The translations under genes were made by a program, and so were the position numbers. From Polyangiales bacterium (GTDB lineage Bacteria; Myxococcota_A; Polyangia; Polyangiales; Houyiibacteriaceae), in contig JBGCFM010000010.1 of the NCBI GenBank assembly GCA_045106895.1, forward strand, positions 18,115 to 82,114: DNA of 64,000 nucleotides. Direction: 5' to 3'. Shown here piece by piece: positions 49,831 through 58,120 of the stretch (positions are counted from its first letter, which is position 1; every line of letters starts with the position of its first letter). The notes beneath the pieces are model-generated. The model ran no database searches. It saw nothing but the letters and a program-made list of their open reading frames with translations, and was not told where the DNA came from.

Positions 49831-50793
49831 CTAAGCTTCGAAGGTCGCCTCAACGCCAAAGTGGTCGGAGAGGTGTCGCATCCGGTTGTCTTCATCTTCG
49901 CTCTCGAATGGAAGCACCGCGGCGTGCTTGCAAGTGAGCGCAAAGAGTCGGTCTCCGACGGCTTCTTTGTCCGACTCGGGGACGGCGTCGAAGGCGAAGA
50001 CGTAGTCGATGCGCTCGACCTGAGACTCCACGTCCCGCGTCATCGTGTAGTTCAACGAGGCGTCTCGCGTGACGCCAGGTTTCGCGGGGTGGGCCTGCCG
50101 AAACGCGTCGCGAGGGTAGTCGAGGATCTCGAGCATCGAGCGGTACGCCGCCGTCGGAGCGAGATCCGTCGAGCCCAGAACTTGCGACTCTCCAGCGACG
50201 TTGAAGTCTCCAGCGAGAATCGCCGCGGCGCTGTTCGCCTTGGGCGTCCCGACGCACCTTTTGATAAAGCGCTGCAGTTGAAGAAGCTGGAGCTGACGCA
50301 CGGGCCAGTGGACAACACTCGACTGCAGGTGTGTGGCGAAGACATAGAGCTCATGCGGCCGTCCGCCAAAATGAGCCGACGCGTCCACGCGCGCGCACAG
50401 GATGCCTTTGTCCGAGAGCGCATCCGAGCCGGCGCAGGCCGCGAACTCTTCGAAGCGGTGCCAAACGATGGGCAGCTTGCTCGCGAAGAAGAGCCCGCTG
50501 TCCTCGTGAAAAGGGTCGTTGTCCGAGGAGTGGGCGACGAGCTCGTAGCCGAGCGCTTCGAAGGCTTCGGCGAAGCGTTTCCGGGCCCCTTCTTGGAACA
50601 CCTCTTGGAGACAGACGATGTCCCATTCACCCGTGCATAAGCGTTCGATGAGGCGTGTGACGCGGTCCTCGTCGTGCAGTCCTTGTTCGCCCGTTTCGTA
50701 GAAGCCCCGCGGGATACCGCGCGGGCGAACGCCGAGCTTCACGTGAGAGGGCAGCAGCTTGACGTTGTACGTAAGGACGGAAAGGCTCGGCAT
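49831..50793 (-). CDS. EEP-superfamily phosphodiesterase, neutral sphingomyelinase-like
   Basis: TYNV, LQEVF, DSGL, DALSDKG, THLQ, GDFN, RIDY, SDH. Confidence 0.85.
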   Translation of the reverse strand: MPSLSVLTYNVKLLPSHVKLGVRPRGIPRGFYETGEQGLHDEDRVTRLIERLCTGEWDIVCLQEVFQEGARKRFAEAFEALGYELVAHSSDNDPFHEDSGLFFASKLPIVWHRFEEFAACAGSDALSDKGILCARVDASAHFGGRPHELYVFATHLQSSVVHWPVRQLQLLQLQRFIKRCVGTPKANSAAAILAGDFNVAGESQVLGSTDLAPTAAYRSMLEILDYPRDAFRQAHPAKPGVTRDASLNYTMTRDVESQVERIDYVFAFDAVPESDKEAVGDRLFALTCKHAAVLPFESEDEDNRMRHLSDHFGVEATFEA

Positions 50794-50814
50794 GAGCGGA
50801 GTGTATACGGGCGG

Positions 50815-52158
50815 CTATCGACAGCGCTGCCCAAACTGAATCGCTGTTGCGAGTCGGGTGGGGCCCTCAGTAGAGAACCCCACTGCAAGGACCTCACCGC
50901 GCTCATTGGGCACCATGTCCGAGATGCCAACACGGTTTCTCAGACCCTCCTCCTCGTGACGCCAGCGCACCACACCGTCTTGCCCGATCCCCACGAACGC
51001 CATCCACGTCCTCTCATTCACATGATTCTGCGACACCAAGATGTAGCCGTCTTCGAACGCTGCCATGTTCGTAATCGATGTTCGGAAGTCCCCTGGGCTC
51101 GCGGTCCAGACCACCGCTCCGGCGGCGTTGAGCTTCCAAACGTGCCCGCCCCCACCGAGGCCACCGCCCACAGCTCCATTGATCTGCCCGGCCAAGAGAT
51201 ACCCTCCATCCGGCGTCGGCATAACGATTCGTACTTCGTGGCGCCTCTCGCTCCCGTCATCGACGCGCGTCGTCCAAAGAACCTCCCCTTCAGTGCTTAG
51301 TCTCATCGTTTGAAGTCCACCCCGCACGTCAAAGTGCGCGAGCGTTCCGACGAGGAACATCCCAGCGTCGTCGTGGACAAGTCCCCACGAGCTCGCCGGA
51401 CCGTACCCATCTTGAACATGTTCCCAGACGAGGTCACCGCCTGCGGACAACGCGAAGACCCACACCGGGACGGGGTCGCCGACCCCCAGGCCCAGGAATA
51501 AGTGGTTTGCGACAACGAGCCGGCCCGCTGCATCGATGAACGCTCCGATGACCCATTCATTCGATGTCTCCCCGCGGTCGAAGACCTGTGCCCACTCGAC
51601 AGAGCCGGTTTCGTCAAAACGTGCGACCAAAGCATCTCGATCCCCATCGGTGTTTGTCATGGTCCCGACGACATACGCGGCGCGTCCATCCTCGATGACT
51701 TCCATGGTGCGCATGGTCTGTCCGTGCCTGTGCTCTCCGCGCCAGTCCACCTCGCCGGACTCAGTGATTCGCTGGATACGAATCGTTCCTTCACTGTCCC
51801 CGGCGAACACTCTGTCGCTCCCAGCGCCCCATGGAGCGTCGACGAGCGCGGTCGGCGCTGACAGAGCGCCGTCGCGGTCGGCGAGCCAACTTGTACTGTC
51901 GTCGAGCGGTAGTTCCGCTTCGCCGGAAATTCGCCAGCCCTCGCGCGTCGCCGATGCGTGCATGAAGGCAGCCCCCGGCACATCGATGCGCCAATCAACG
52001 GGGCCGCGACAAGGGGGCACGTCTTCGTTACGTATGTCAGGCGTGTTGGCGTCCTGAACGCCACCGTCTTGGGCCGCGTCGTCCGCTGCGAAGTGCGAAT
52101 CGTAGCAGCCGCAGATAAGAAGAAGTCCGAAGAGTGCGGAGGAGACGCGACAAGCCAT
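50815..52158 (-). CDS. Beta-propeller lipoprotein
   Basis: Lipobox ICGC and repeated G..xW blades (GEVDW, GSVEW, GDLVW, GEVLW, GAVVW). Confidence 0.7.
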   Translation of the reverse strand: MACRVSSALFGLLLICGCYDSHFAADDAAQDGGVQDANTPDIRNEDVPPCRGPVDWRIDVPGAAFMHASATREGWRISGEAELPLDDSTSWLADRDGALSAPTALVDAPWGAGSDRVFAGDSEGTIRIQRITESGEVDWRGEHRHGQTMRTMEVIEDGRAAYVVGTMTNTDGDRDALVARFDETGSVEWAQVFDRGETSNEWVIGAFIDAAGRLVVANHLFLGLGVGDPVPVWVFALSAGGDLVWEHVQDGYGPASSWGLVHDDAGMFLVGTLAHFDVRGGLQTMRLSTEGEVLWTTRVDDGSERRHEVRIVMPTPDGGYLLAGQINGAVGGGLGGGGHVWKLNAAGAVVWTASPGDFRTSITNMAAFEDGYILVSQNHVNERTWMAFVGIGQDGVVRWRHEEEGLRNRVGISDMVPNERGEVLAVGFSTEGPTRLATAIQFGQRCR

Positions 52159-52290
52159 GGCACACACTAGTGGGCGATCCAGAGCCAGGAAAGGGCTCCT
52201 CGCACATCGTGCCAAGGAGAACAGGTGGTTGTTGTCTGTTGGGGGGTCCGACTGGCGATTTCCCGGGGAATGCCGTACGTCTCCGCCGTC

Positions 52291-53889
52291 ATGGCCAATG
52301 AATACGAACGGCGACGGACCTTCGCCATCATCAGTCACCCCGATGCGGGCAAGACGACCCTTACGGAGAAGCTCCTTCTATACGGTGGAGCGATTCACGA
52401 GGCGGGTTCCGTCAAGTCGCGCAAAGCGAGCCGAAGCGCAACGAGTGACTGGATGGCGCTCGAGAAGCAGCGCGGAATCTCCATCACCTCCTCGGTGCTG
52501 CAGTTCATCTACGATGACTTCAACTGGAACCTCCTCGACACGCCAGGTCACAACGACTTCTCCGAGGATACCTACCGAACGCTTACCGCCGCCGACTGCG
52601 CCATCATGATCCTCGACGCCGCAAAGGGCGTTGAGCCGCAGACGCGCAAGCTCTTCCGCGTGTGCAAGATGCGCGGCATTCCTATCGTGACCTTCATCAA
52701 CAAGATGGACCGTCCTGCGCGCGACGCATTCGATCTCACGGCCCAGGTCGAAGAGGTCCTTGGCATCCAGAGCTTCCCTTTTACGTGGCCCGTGGGAAGC
52801 GGCGACCTCTTTCAAGGCGTCTACGTTCGTGACAGCGGCAACATGCTGCGTTTCGAAAAAGAGAAGCGCGGCGCGGCCAAAGCAGCCGTCACCAGCGTCG
52901 ATCTACAGTCCGAGAATCTCAACGAACTCCTTGGCGAGGAACCAGCACAGACGCTTCGAGATGAGATCGAACTCCTCGATGGCGCCGGCGAAGAGTGGGA
53001 CATGGATCGCTTCCTACGCGGCGACCTCACGCCAGTCTTCTTCGGCAGCGCCCTGACCAACTTTGGCGTGGAGCCCTTCCTCAAGGCCTTCGAAGGCCTT
53101 TGCCCACCCCCGGGTGATCGGAAAGCAGGCGACGAGGAGATCAAGCCCACGGACGAGCGCTTCAGTGCGTTCATTTTCAAGGTCCAGGCGAACATGGACA
53201 AGTCGCACCGCGACCGCATCGCTTTCGCCCGTGTGTGCTCGGGCAAGTTCGAAGGCGGCATGCGCGTCGACCATTTCCGTCTTGGCAAGCAGATCCGCCT
53301 CAACCGCGCTGAGCAGTTCTTTGCTCAAGAGCGCGAGACCGTCATGGAGGCCTTCGCCGGCGACATCCTCGGTCTCTACGACCCCGGCATCTTCCGCATC
53401 GGAGACACCATCAGCACGGGCGGCCCGCTCATGTTCGATGCCGTTCCCCGCTTCTCGCCGGAGCACTTCGGACGACTTCGCCTCCTCGATCCGCTCAAGC
53501 GCAAGCAGCTTCAGAAGGGCATCCAAGAGCTCTCCGAAGAAGGCACGGTCCAGCTCTTCACGGAGCCCGGCCGCGAGAAAGACCCCATCTGTGGTGTCGT
53601 GGGTCAGCTTCAGTTCGAAGTTCTGACCTTCCGCATTCAGAACGAGTACGGCGCCAAAATCGCCTTCGACCGACTGCCGTACTCCTACGCGCGCTGGGTC
53701 GAAGAAGAAGCGACGGCGGCGGAGATGAAAGCCAAGCGCATTCCTTTGGCGGTCAACGATCAAGACGATCTGCCCGTCGCGCTCTTCCGCGACGAGTGGG
53801 AGATGAAGCGCGCGATTCGCGACAACGATCAGTGGACGTTCTTGGAGACGGCGCCTATTCGCGCCGCGGATCCAAAGAAGAAAAAGTAG
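52291..53889 (+). CDS. prfC: Peptide chain release factor 3
   Basis: RRTFAIISHPDAGKTT, SDWM, DTPGH, NKMD, FGSA..NFG, GQLQFEV. Confidence 0.97.
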   Translation: MANEYERRRTFAIISHPDAGKTTLTEKLLLYGGAIHEAGSVKSRKASRSATSDWMALEKQRGISITSSVLQFIYDDFNWNLLDTPGHNDFSEDTYRTLTAADCAIMILDAAKGVEPQTRKLFRVCKMRGIPIVTFINKMDRPARDAFDLTAQVEEVLGIQSFPFTWPVGSGDLFQGVYVRDSGNMLRFEKEKRGAAKAAVTSVDLQSENLNELLGEEPAQTLRDEIELLDGAGEEWDMDRFLRGDLTPVFFGSALTNFGVEPFLKAFEGLCPPPGDRKAGDEEIKPTDERFSAFIFKVQANMDKSHRDRIAFARVCSGKFEGGMRVDHFRLGKQIRLNRAEQFFAQERETVMEAFAGDILGLYDPGIFRIGDTISTGGPLMFDAVPRFSPEHFGRLRLLDPLKRKQLQKGIQELSEEGTVQLFTEPGREKDPICGVVGQLQFEVLTFRIQNEYGAKIAFDRLPYSYARWVEEEATAAEMKAKRIPLAVNDQDDLPVALFRDEWEMKRAIRDNDQWTFLETAPIRAADPKKKK

Positions 53890-53897
53890 CGCTCGTA

Positions 53898-53927
53898 CGC
53901 CGAAGGCGAGCTTGAGCTCCTTCGGCG
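53898..53927 (+). terminator. Hairpin after prfC
   Basis: CGCCGAAGG...CCTTCGGCG stem, no T tract. Confidence 0.4.
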
Positions 53928-53985
53928 AGAGTCCGGGTCGCCGCTTCGTGCGAGCGAGGTCGATTTGTGAGACTCTAGTCTCTAC

Positions 53986-56900
53986 ATGACAAAGAGCCTT
54001 GGTTTCGCCGCCCTCGTATTCTTCCTGCCTCTCGGGGCATGCAGCTGTGAAGACACGCTTCCTCCGTTCGACGGCGGCGTTATCGGCCCTGACGCCCCAG
54101 AGGTGGATGGCGGTCCCGGCTTCGATGGCGGCCCTGGTTTCGATGGCGGCCCCGACGCGAGCGTCGGTCCGGTCTGTGGTGACCTGACCTGCGGCGTCGG
54201 AGAACGCTGCGAAATGGACCCCGCGCGCTGTGTCCCGAACACCTGCGAAGATCTCGCGTGCGCGGCGACCGAACTCTGCGTGCCCGCGCCGACAGGCGAA
54301 GGAAACGTCTGTGAAGACAACAGCTGCGACGACAGCGTGGATTGCGCCCTCGAGCAGTTTTGCGACGCGGGCGGTTTTTGCACCGACGACGTCTGCGAGC
54401 CGGGCGTCACCATGTGTGACGGGGATACCGTGAGCGCGTGCAACCCAGACGGCTCCGGCATGGGGGAGAGCTACACCTGCGGGAGCGACGCGTACTTCAG
54501 CAGCAGCTGCATGGAAGACGGCGCGGGCGCTTTCTGTCCGTGTTCTGGCGATTGGGACTGCCCATCGAACACCGAGTGTCTCGCGGAGCGGTGTGTGGGA
54601 ACCGGCATCGCGCCAACCTGTGTTCTTGCGCCCGCGGACTTTAGCGACGTTCTGCCGCAAGCCGAGGTCGGCTTCCCATGGGGCGGTACGAACATCGCGA
54701 GTCCGGACGCGGAAGGCTCTCCTTTTCCCACGTCTTCTCAGGTCGTCATCACGCCTCTCGTCGCGAACCTCAACGACGACAACGGCGACGGAGCCATCAA
54801 CGAGAACGACACCCCAGAGATCATCTTCATGACCTTTTGTGGGAGCAGCTTCACCAACGGCGGCACCCTTCGCGCTGTGCACGGCGGCGCCCCGGAGCCC
54901 GGCGGCGACTTCTTCGCCAGCTGCGGCGACAGCCTCTGGAATGAAGGCGACGACACCGACACCGGAAACTGCTGCGGCGCCGGCGTTCTCGACCCGACGT
55001 CGACACCCGCGGTTGGCGACATCAACGGGGACGGAGTTCCGGAGATCGTTGCCGTCGATGAAGATGACCGGCTTCGAATCTTCTCGAACACCGGCGAACT
55101 CCTTACTGTAGGCACCGCAAACCTTCGCGGCGGCAACCACGCGGTCTCCCTCGCCAACGTCGATGGGCTCGGCAACGCTGAAGTGATCATCGGGCGCCAG
55201 GTTCATTCGCTCACTGTCGACGACGGCGTGTGGAGCTTTGGTGACGTATGGGAAGGCTCAGGGGCACGCGGAAACAACGGTCAGGGGCCCATCTCTTGCG
55301 TCGCCGATGTGACCGGTGATGGCCGCGCCGAGATCTTTGGAGGTGCCACGGCATACCGTTTCCCAGCAGGACCCGCGGGCGCTGCCACCACGGCTGATTG
55401 CACAGGCGATGAGGTCGACCTGGATGAAGTCGCTTGGTGTTCCGGCGACCTCGTCACGATTTGGGATGGCGGCCGCGAAGGCTTCTGCGCCATCGCCGAC
55501 GTCTGGGGCGCCGACTCTGCTGCTGCCCCCGGGCCTGCCAATCCAATCGATGGGACGCCGGAGCTTGTCCTCGTCACCGCCGGTCGCTTGCAGATCCGCA
55601 ACGTGCTGACAGGCGAGGTCATCGTTGACCGAAACCTCAACGCCGGAAGCGGCGGCGGAGCACCAAATATCGACGACTTCGATGGCGACGGTTTCCCGGA
55701 AATCGGCACCGCCTTCGCGAGTGGCTACCTGCTCATCGATCTTCAGGAGGAGACAGCGCTTTGCCCAGCGTGGCCGAACCGCTTTGACGACGACGACACG
55801 GGCCTTCAGGGCAACCCAGCACGTACGCCTCCTGCCGCCGGGTGCACCACCGACGCGGACTGCGGCGACACCACGCAGTTCGCCTGCAACGCCACCGGCG
55901 CTTGCACCTGCCTTCACAACGGCTGGTCACGTGAGACCGAAGATAGCTCCAGTCGCGTCACGGGCTCGAGTGTCTTCGACTTCAACGGCGACGGCTCGGC
56001 GGAGGTTATCTACAACGACGAGTGTTTCTTCCGCGTTTATGCGGGCGTTGATGGTTCGGTCTTCTTCAAAGAAGCGTCCCCGAGCCGAACGCGAACGGAG
56101 AACCCCGTCGTCGCCGACGTCGACAGCGACGGCAACGCCGAGATCGTCTTCGCCGCGAGCAATGAGAGTGGCTTCTGTAGCGAAGGCAACGACTACAACA
56201 ACGGCATCGAGGTTTGGGGGGACGCCAGTGACTCTTGGGTCAATGCACGCCGCATCTACAACCAGCACTCCTACCACGTGACCAATGTGTACGAGGGAGG
56301 CGGAATCCCAGCACGCGAGCCCGAGAGCTGGACCGAGTGGAACGGGCGCCTCTACAACACATACCGCAGCCAACCTCGCTCACCCTTCGGCGCCGCACCG
56401 GACTTGCAGGTCGCCAGCGTCCAGGTTTCAAGCCCGGACGCCATGTGCGGCATGTTGACGACGACCATCGACATCACCGCGCGCATTGTAAACGCGGGAG
56501 ACGTGCTCGTCGGCGCCGCCACAAGCATCGCGTTCTTCGGTGAGTGGGACTCGCCGGTGCTCGATGAGGCGCTCTTCGCAGACGGCGCAATGACGCCTCT
56601 CACGACCACCGCCGGAGTGCCTCTGGGCGCGCGAGGTGAGACCCTCGTGACCGTTCGCTACGAAGCGAGCAACAACTCGCCGGGGGTTCTCCCCGACCGC
56701 ATTCGCGTGGTGGTGGACTTTGAGAACGACGAGCGAGAGTGCCTCGAGGACAACAATACGACGACGGCGGACGTGGATGGAGGAGCTCTTCTCGCGGACC
56801 TCAGCGTCGATCTTGGTTCAGTCGACACACGCGAGTGCCCCAATCCAACGCTTGAGACCACCATCACGAACCTCGGTTCGGCCGATGCTACGGATGTTCT

Positions 56901-57138
56901 CGTGGTCTACTTCGCAGGTGACCCAGCGACCGGCGTGGAGATTCATCGCGAGACACGTCCAGGACCGATCGCCGCCGGCGGCGGTACGGACACATTTACC
57001 GCGACGCTCTCGGACTTCCCGAGCGGTGACGTGCGCGTCAACGTCGTTGTCGACCCCGAAAACACCATCGCCGAATGCAACGATGGCAACAACGCAGACG
57101 CTGCGGACGACGTCGCGAACTGTCTGGGATTGATCTAA
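53986..57138 (+). CDS. Large Cys-rich lipoprotein with FG-GAP/VCBS propeller and CARDB domains (adhesin-like)
   Basis: Lipobox LGAC, DGGPGF x3, Cys-rich repeats, DxNGDG..EI repeats, VVDP.N.I.ECNDGNN. Confidence 0.85.
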   Translation: MTKSLGFAALVFFLPLGACSCEDTLPPFDGGVIGPDAPEVDGGPGFDGGPGFDGGPDASVGPVCGDLTCGVGERCEMDPARCVPNTCEDLACAATELCVPAPTGEGNVCEDNSCDDSVDCALEQFCDAGGFCTDDVCEPGVTMCDGDTVSACNPDGSGMGESYTCGSDAYFSSSCMEDGAGAFCPCSGDWDCPSNTECLAERCVGTGIAPTCVLAPADFSDVLPQAEVGFPWGGTNIASPDAEGSPFPTSSQVVITPLVANLNDDNGDGAINENDTPEIIFMTFCGSSFTNGGTLRAVHGGAPEPGGDFFASCGDSLWNEGDDTDTGNCCGAGVLDPTSTPAVGDINGDGVPEIVAVDEDDRLRIFSNTGELLTVGTANLRGGNHAVSLANVDGLGNAEVIIGRQVHSLTVDDGVWSFGDVWEGSGARGNNGQGPISCVADVTGDGRAEIFGGATAYRFPAGPAGAATTADCTGDEVDLDEVAWCSGDLVTIWDGGREGFCAIADVWGADSAAAPGPANPIDGTPELVLVTAGRLQIRNVLTGEVIVDRNLNAGSGGGAPNIDDFDGDGFPEIGTAFASGYLLIDLQEETALCPAWPNRFDDDDTGLQGNPARTPPAAGCTTDADCGDTTQFACNATGACTCLHNGWSRETEDSSSRVTGSSVFDFNGDGSAEVIYNDECFFRVYAGVDGSVFFKEASPSRTRTENPVVADVDSDGNAEIVFAASNESGFCSEGNDYNNGIEVWGDASDSWVNARRIYNQHSYHVTNVYEGGGIPAREPESWTEWNGRLYNTYRSQPRSPFGAAPDLQVASVQVSSPDAMCGMLTTTIDITARIVNAGDVLVGAATSIAFFGEWDSPVLDEALFADGAMTPLTTTAGVPLGARGETLVTVRYEASNNSPGVLPDRIRVVVDFENDERECLEDNNTTTADVDGGALLADLSVDLGSVDTRECPNPTLETTITNLGSADATDVLVVYFAGDPATGVEIHRETRPGPIAAGGGTDTFTATLSDFPSGDVRVNVVVDPENTIAECNDGNNADAADDVANCLGLI

Positions 57139-57259
57139 GCAAACGCTCCAGAGGGACGGCTGTTTCTTTAGTCGTACTAGAGGGGCGTGGTGACTCGCCC
57201 CTCCACACGGGCGTCATATTTCACGCGGCGCTTGTCCCTAATTGGTACTGTCGCCCCGC

Positions 57260-57976
57260 ATGGACGTGCAGCACCTAGGACGCATTGCGATCGTCGAGCC
57301 GGATCCGGTGGCAGCGGAGGTGGTGGTTCACCAGGCCGCAAAACTGCGTCGAACCCACCTCTGCACAAACGCCAGTGAAGCCCGCCGGCTGCTCGAGCAA
57401 GAGGTTCGTCTAACCGCACTGATCATCGAGTACGCGTTGCCGGACGACGACGGCACCCGCGTACTCTTCGCATTCCGGCGTGCGTATCCACGTCTCCCGA
57501 TACTTATGCTCACGGCGGTGACGGAGCCACGGGTCATCAACCGGTGTCAGCTTCTCCGCGCCGAGTTTGTCGCAAAACCCGCTCGGCGCCGAAACCTCGA
57601 CTCTTTCCTGCGGCGCGCCGTCGCGTACGAACACGTTCCGGATCGGCGTGTGGCCCAGGTTGTCGAAGATGTCGTCCAGCTATGTTCGTTGTCGGCGCGG
57701 GAGACAGATGTTCTCGCCGCCGCCATCGACGGGACGCCTCGACGAACCTTGGCTGACCAGATTGGAACCACGGAGAACACCTTGAAGTCCTGCATCAAGG
57801 GGCTGCTTCGAAAGTGTGGCGCGTCGAGCCTCGAGGAGCTCTCGCGCAGGATCTGGAAAGAAGCGCTCGCGGGCAGCGACACGGACGGCAAGCTCCGTGC
57901 AGATGTCGGTCGTGATTTGTTGCCCGAAATACACCCGCTAACGATCCCTCCGCCAAGCACTGAACCGCGCCGCTGA
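57260..57976 (+). CDS. Atypical response regulator (REC plus LuxR-like HTH)
   Basis: IAIVEPD, LIIEYALPD (Glu at the phospho-Asp site), LTA, KP, LSARETDV HTH. Confidence 0.85.
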   Translation: MDVQHLGRIAIVEPDPVAAEVVVHQAAKLRRTHLCTNASEARRLLEQEVRLTALIIEYALPDDDGTRVLFAFRRAYPRLPILMLTAVTEPRVINRCQLLRAEFVAKPARRRNLDSFLRRAVAYEHVPDRRVAQVVEDVVQLCSLSARETDVLAAAIDGTPRRTLADQIGTTENTLKSCIKGLLRKCGASSLEELSRRIWKEALAGSDTDGKLRADVGRDLLPEIHPLTIPPPSTEPRR

Positions 57977-58120
57977 AGGCACAAAGCAACCCGTTTGTGT
58001 GAGTGTGTGTAGGTGCCTACCACCCGACGGGGTGGTGCATGTCTCCGCTAGTCTCGTCGTTCAGGCTGCTCGTGGGGTGCGGCCGCTTCAACAACGTCAG
58101 ACCGTGATGGGGATAACACG

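Noticed and set aside
53014..55206. Long antisense ORFs (730 aa here; also 59297-60967, 30503-32014, 13407-14828, 25326-26645)
   Set aside because: They are shadow frames opposite well-supported genes, expected with high-GC codon bias, and show no motifs.
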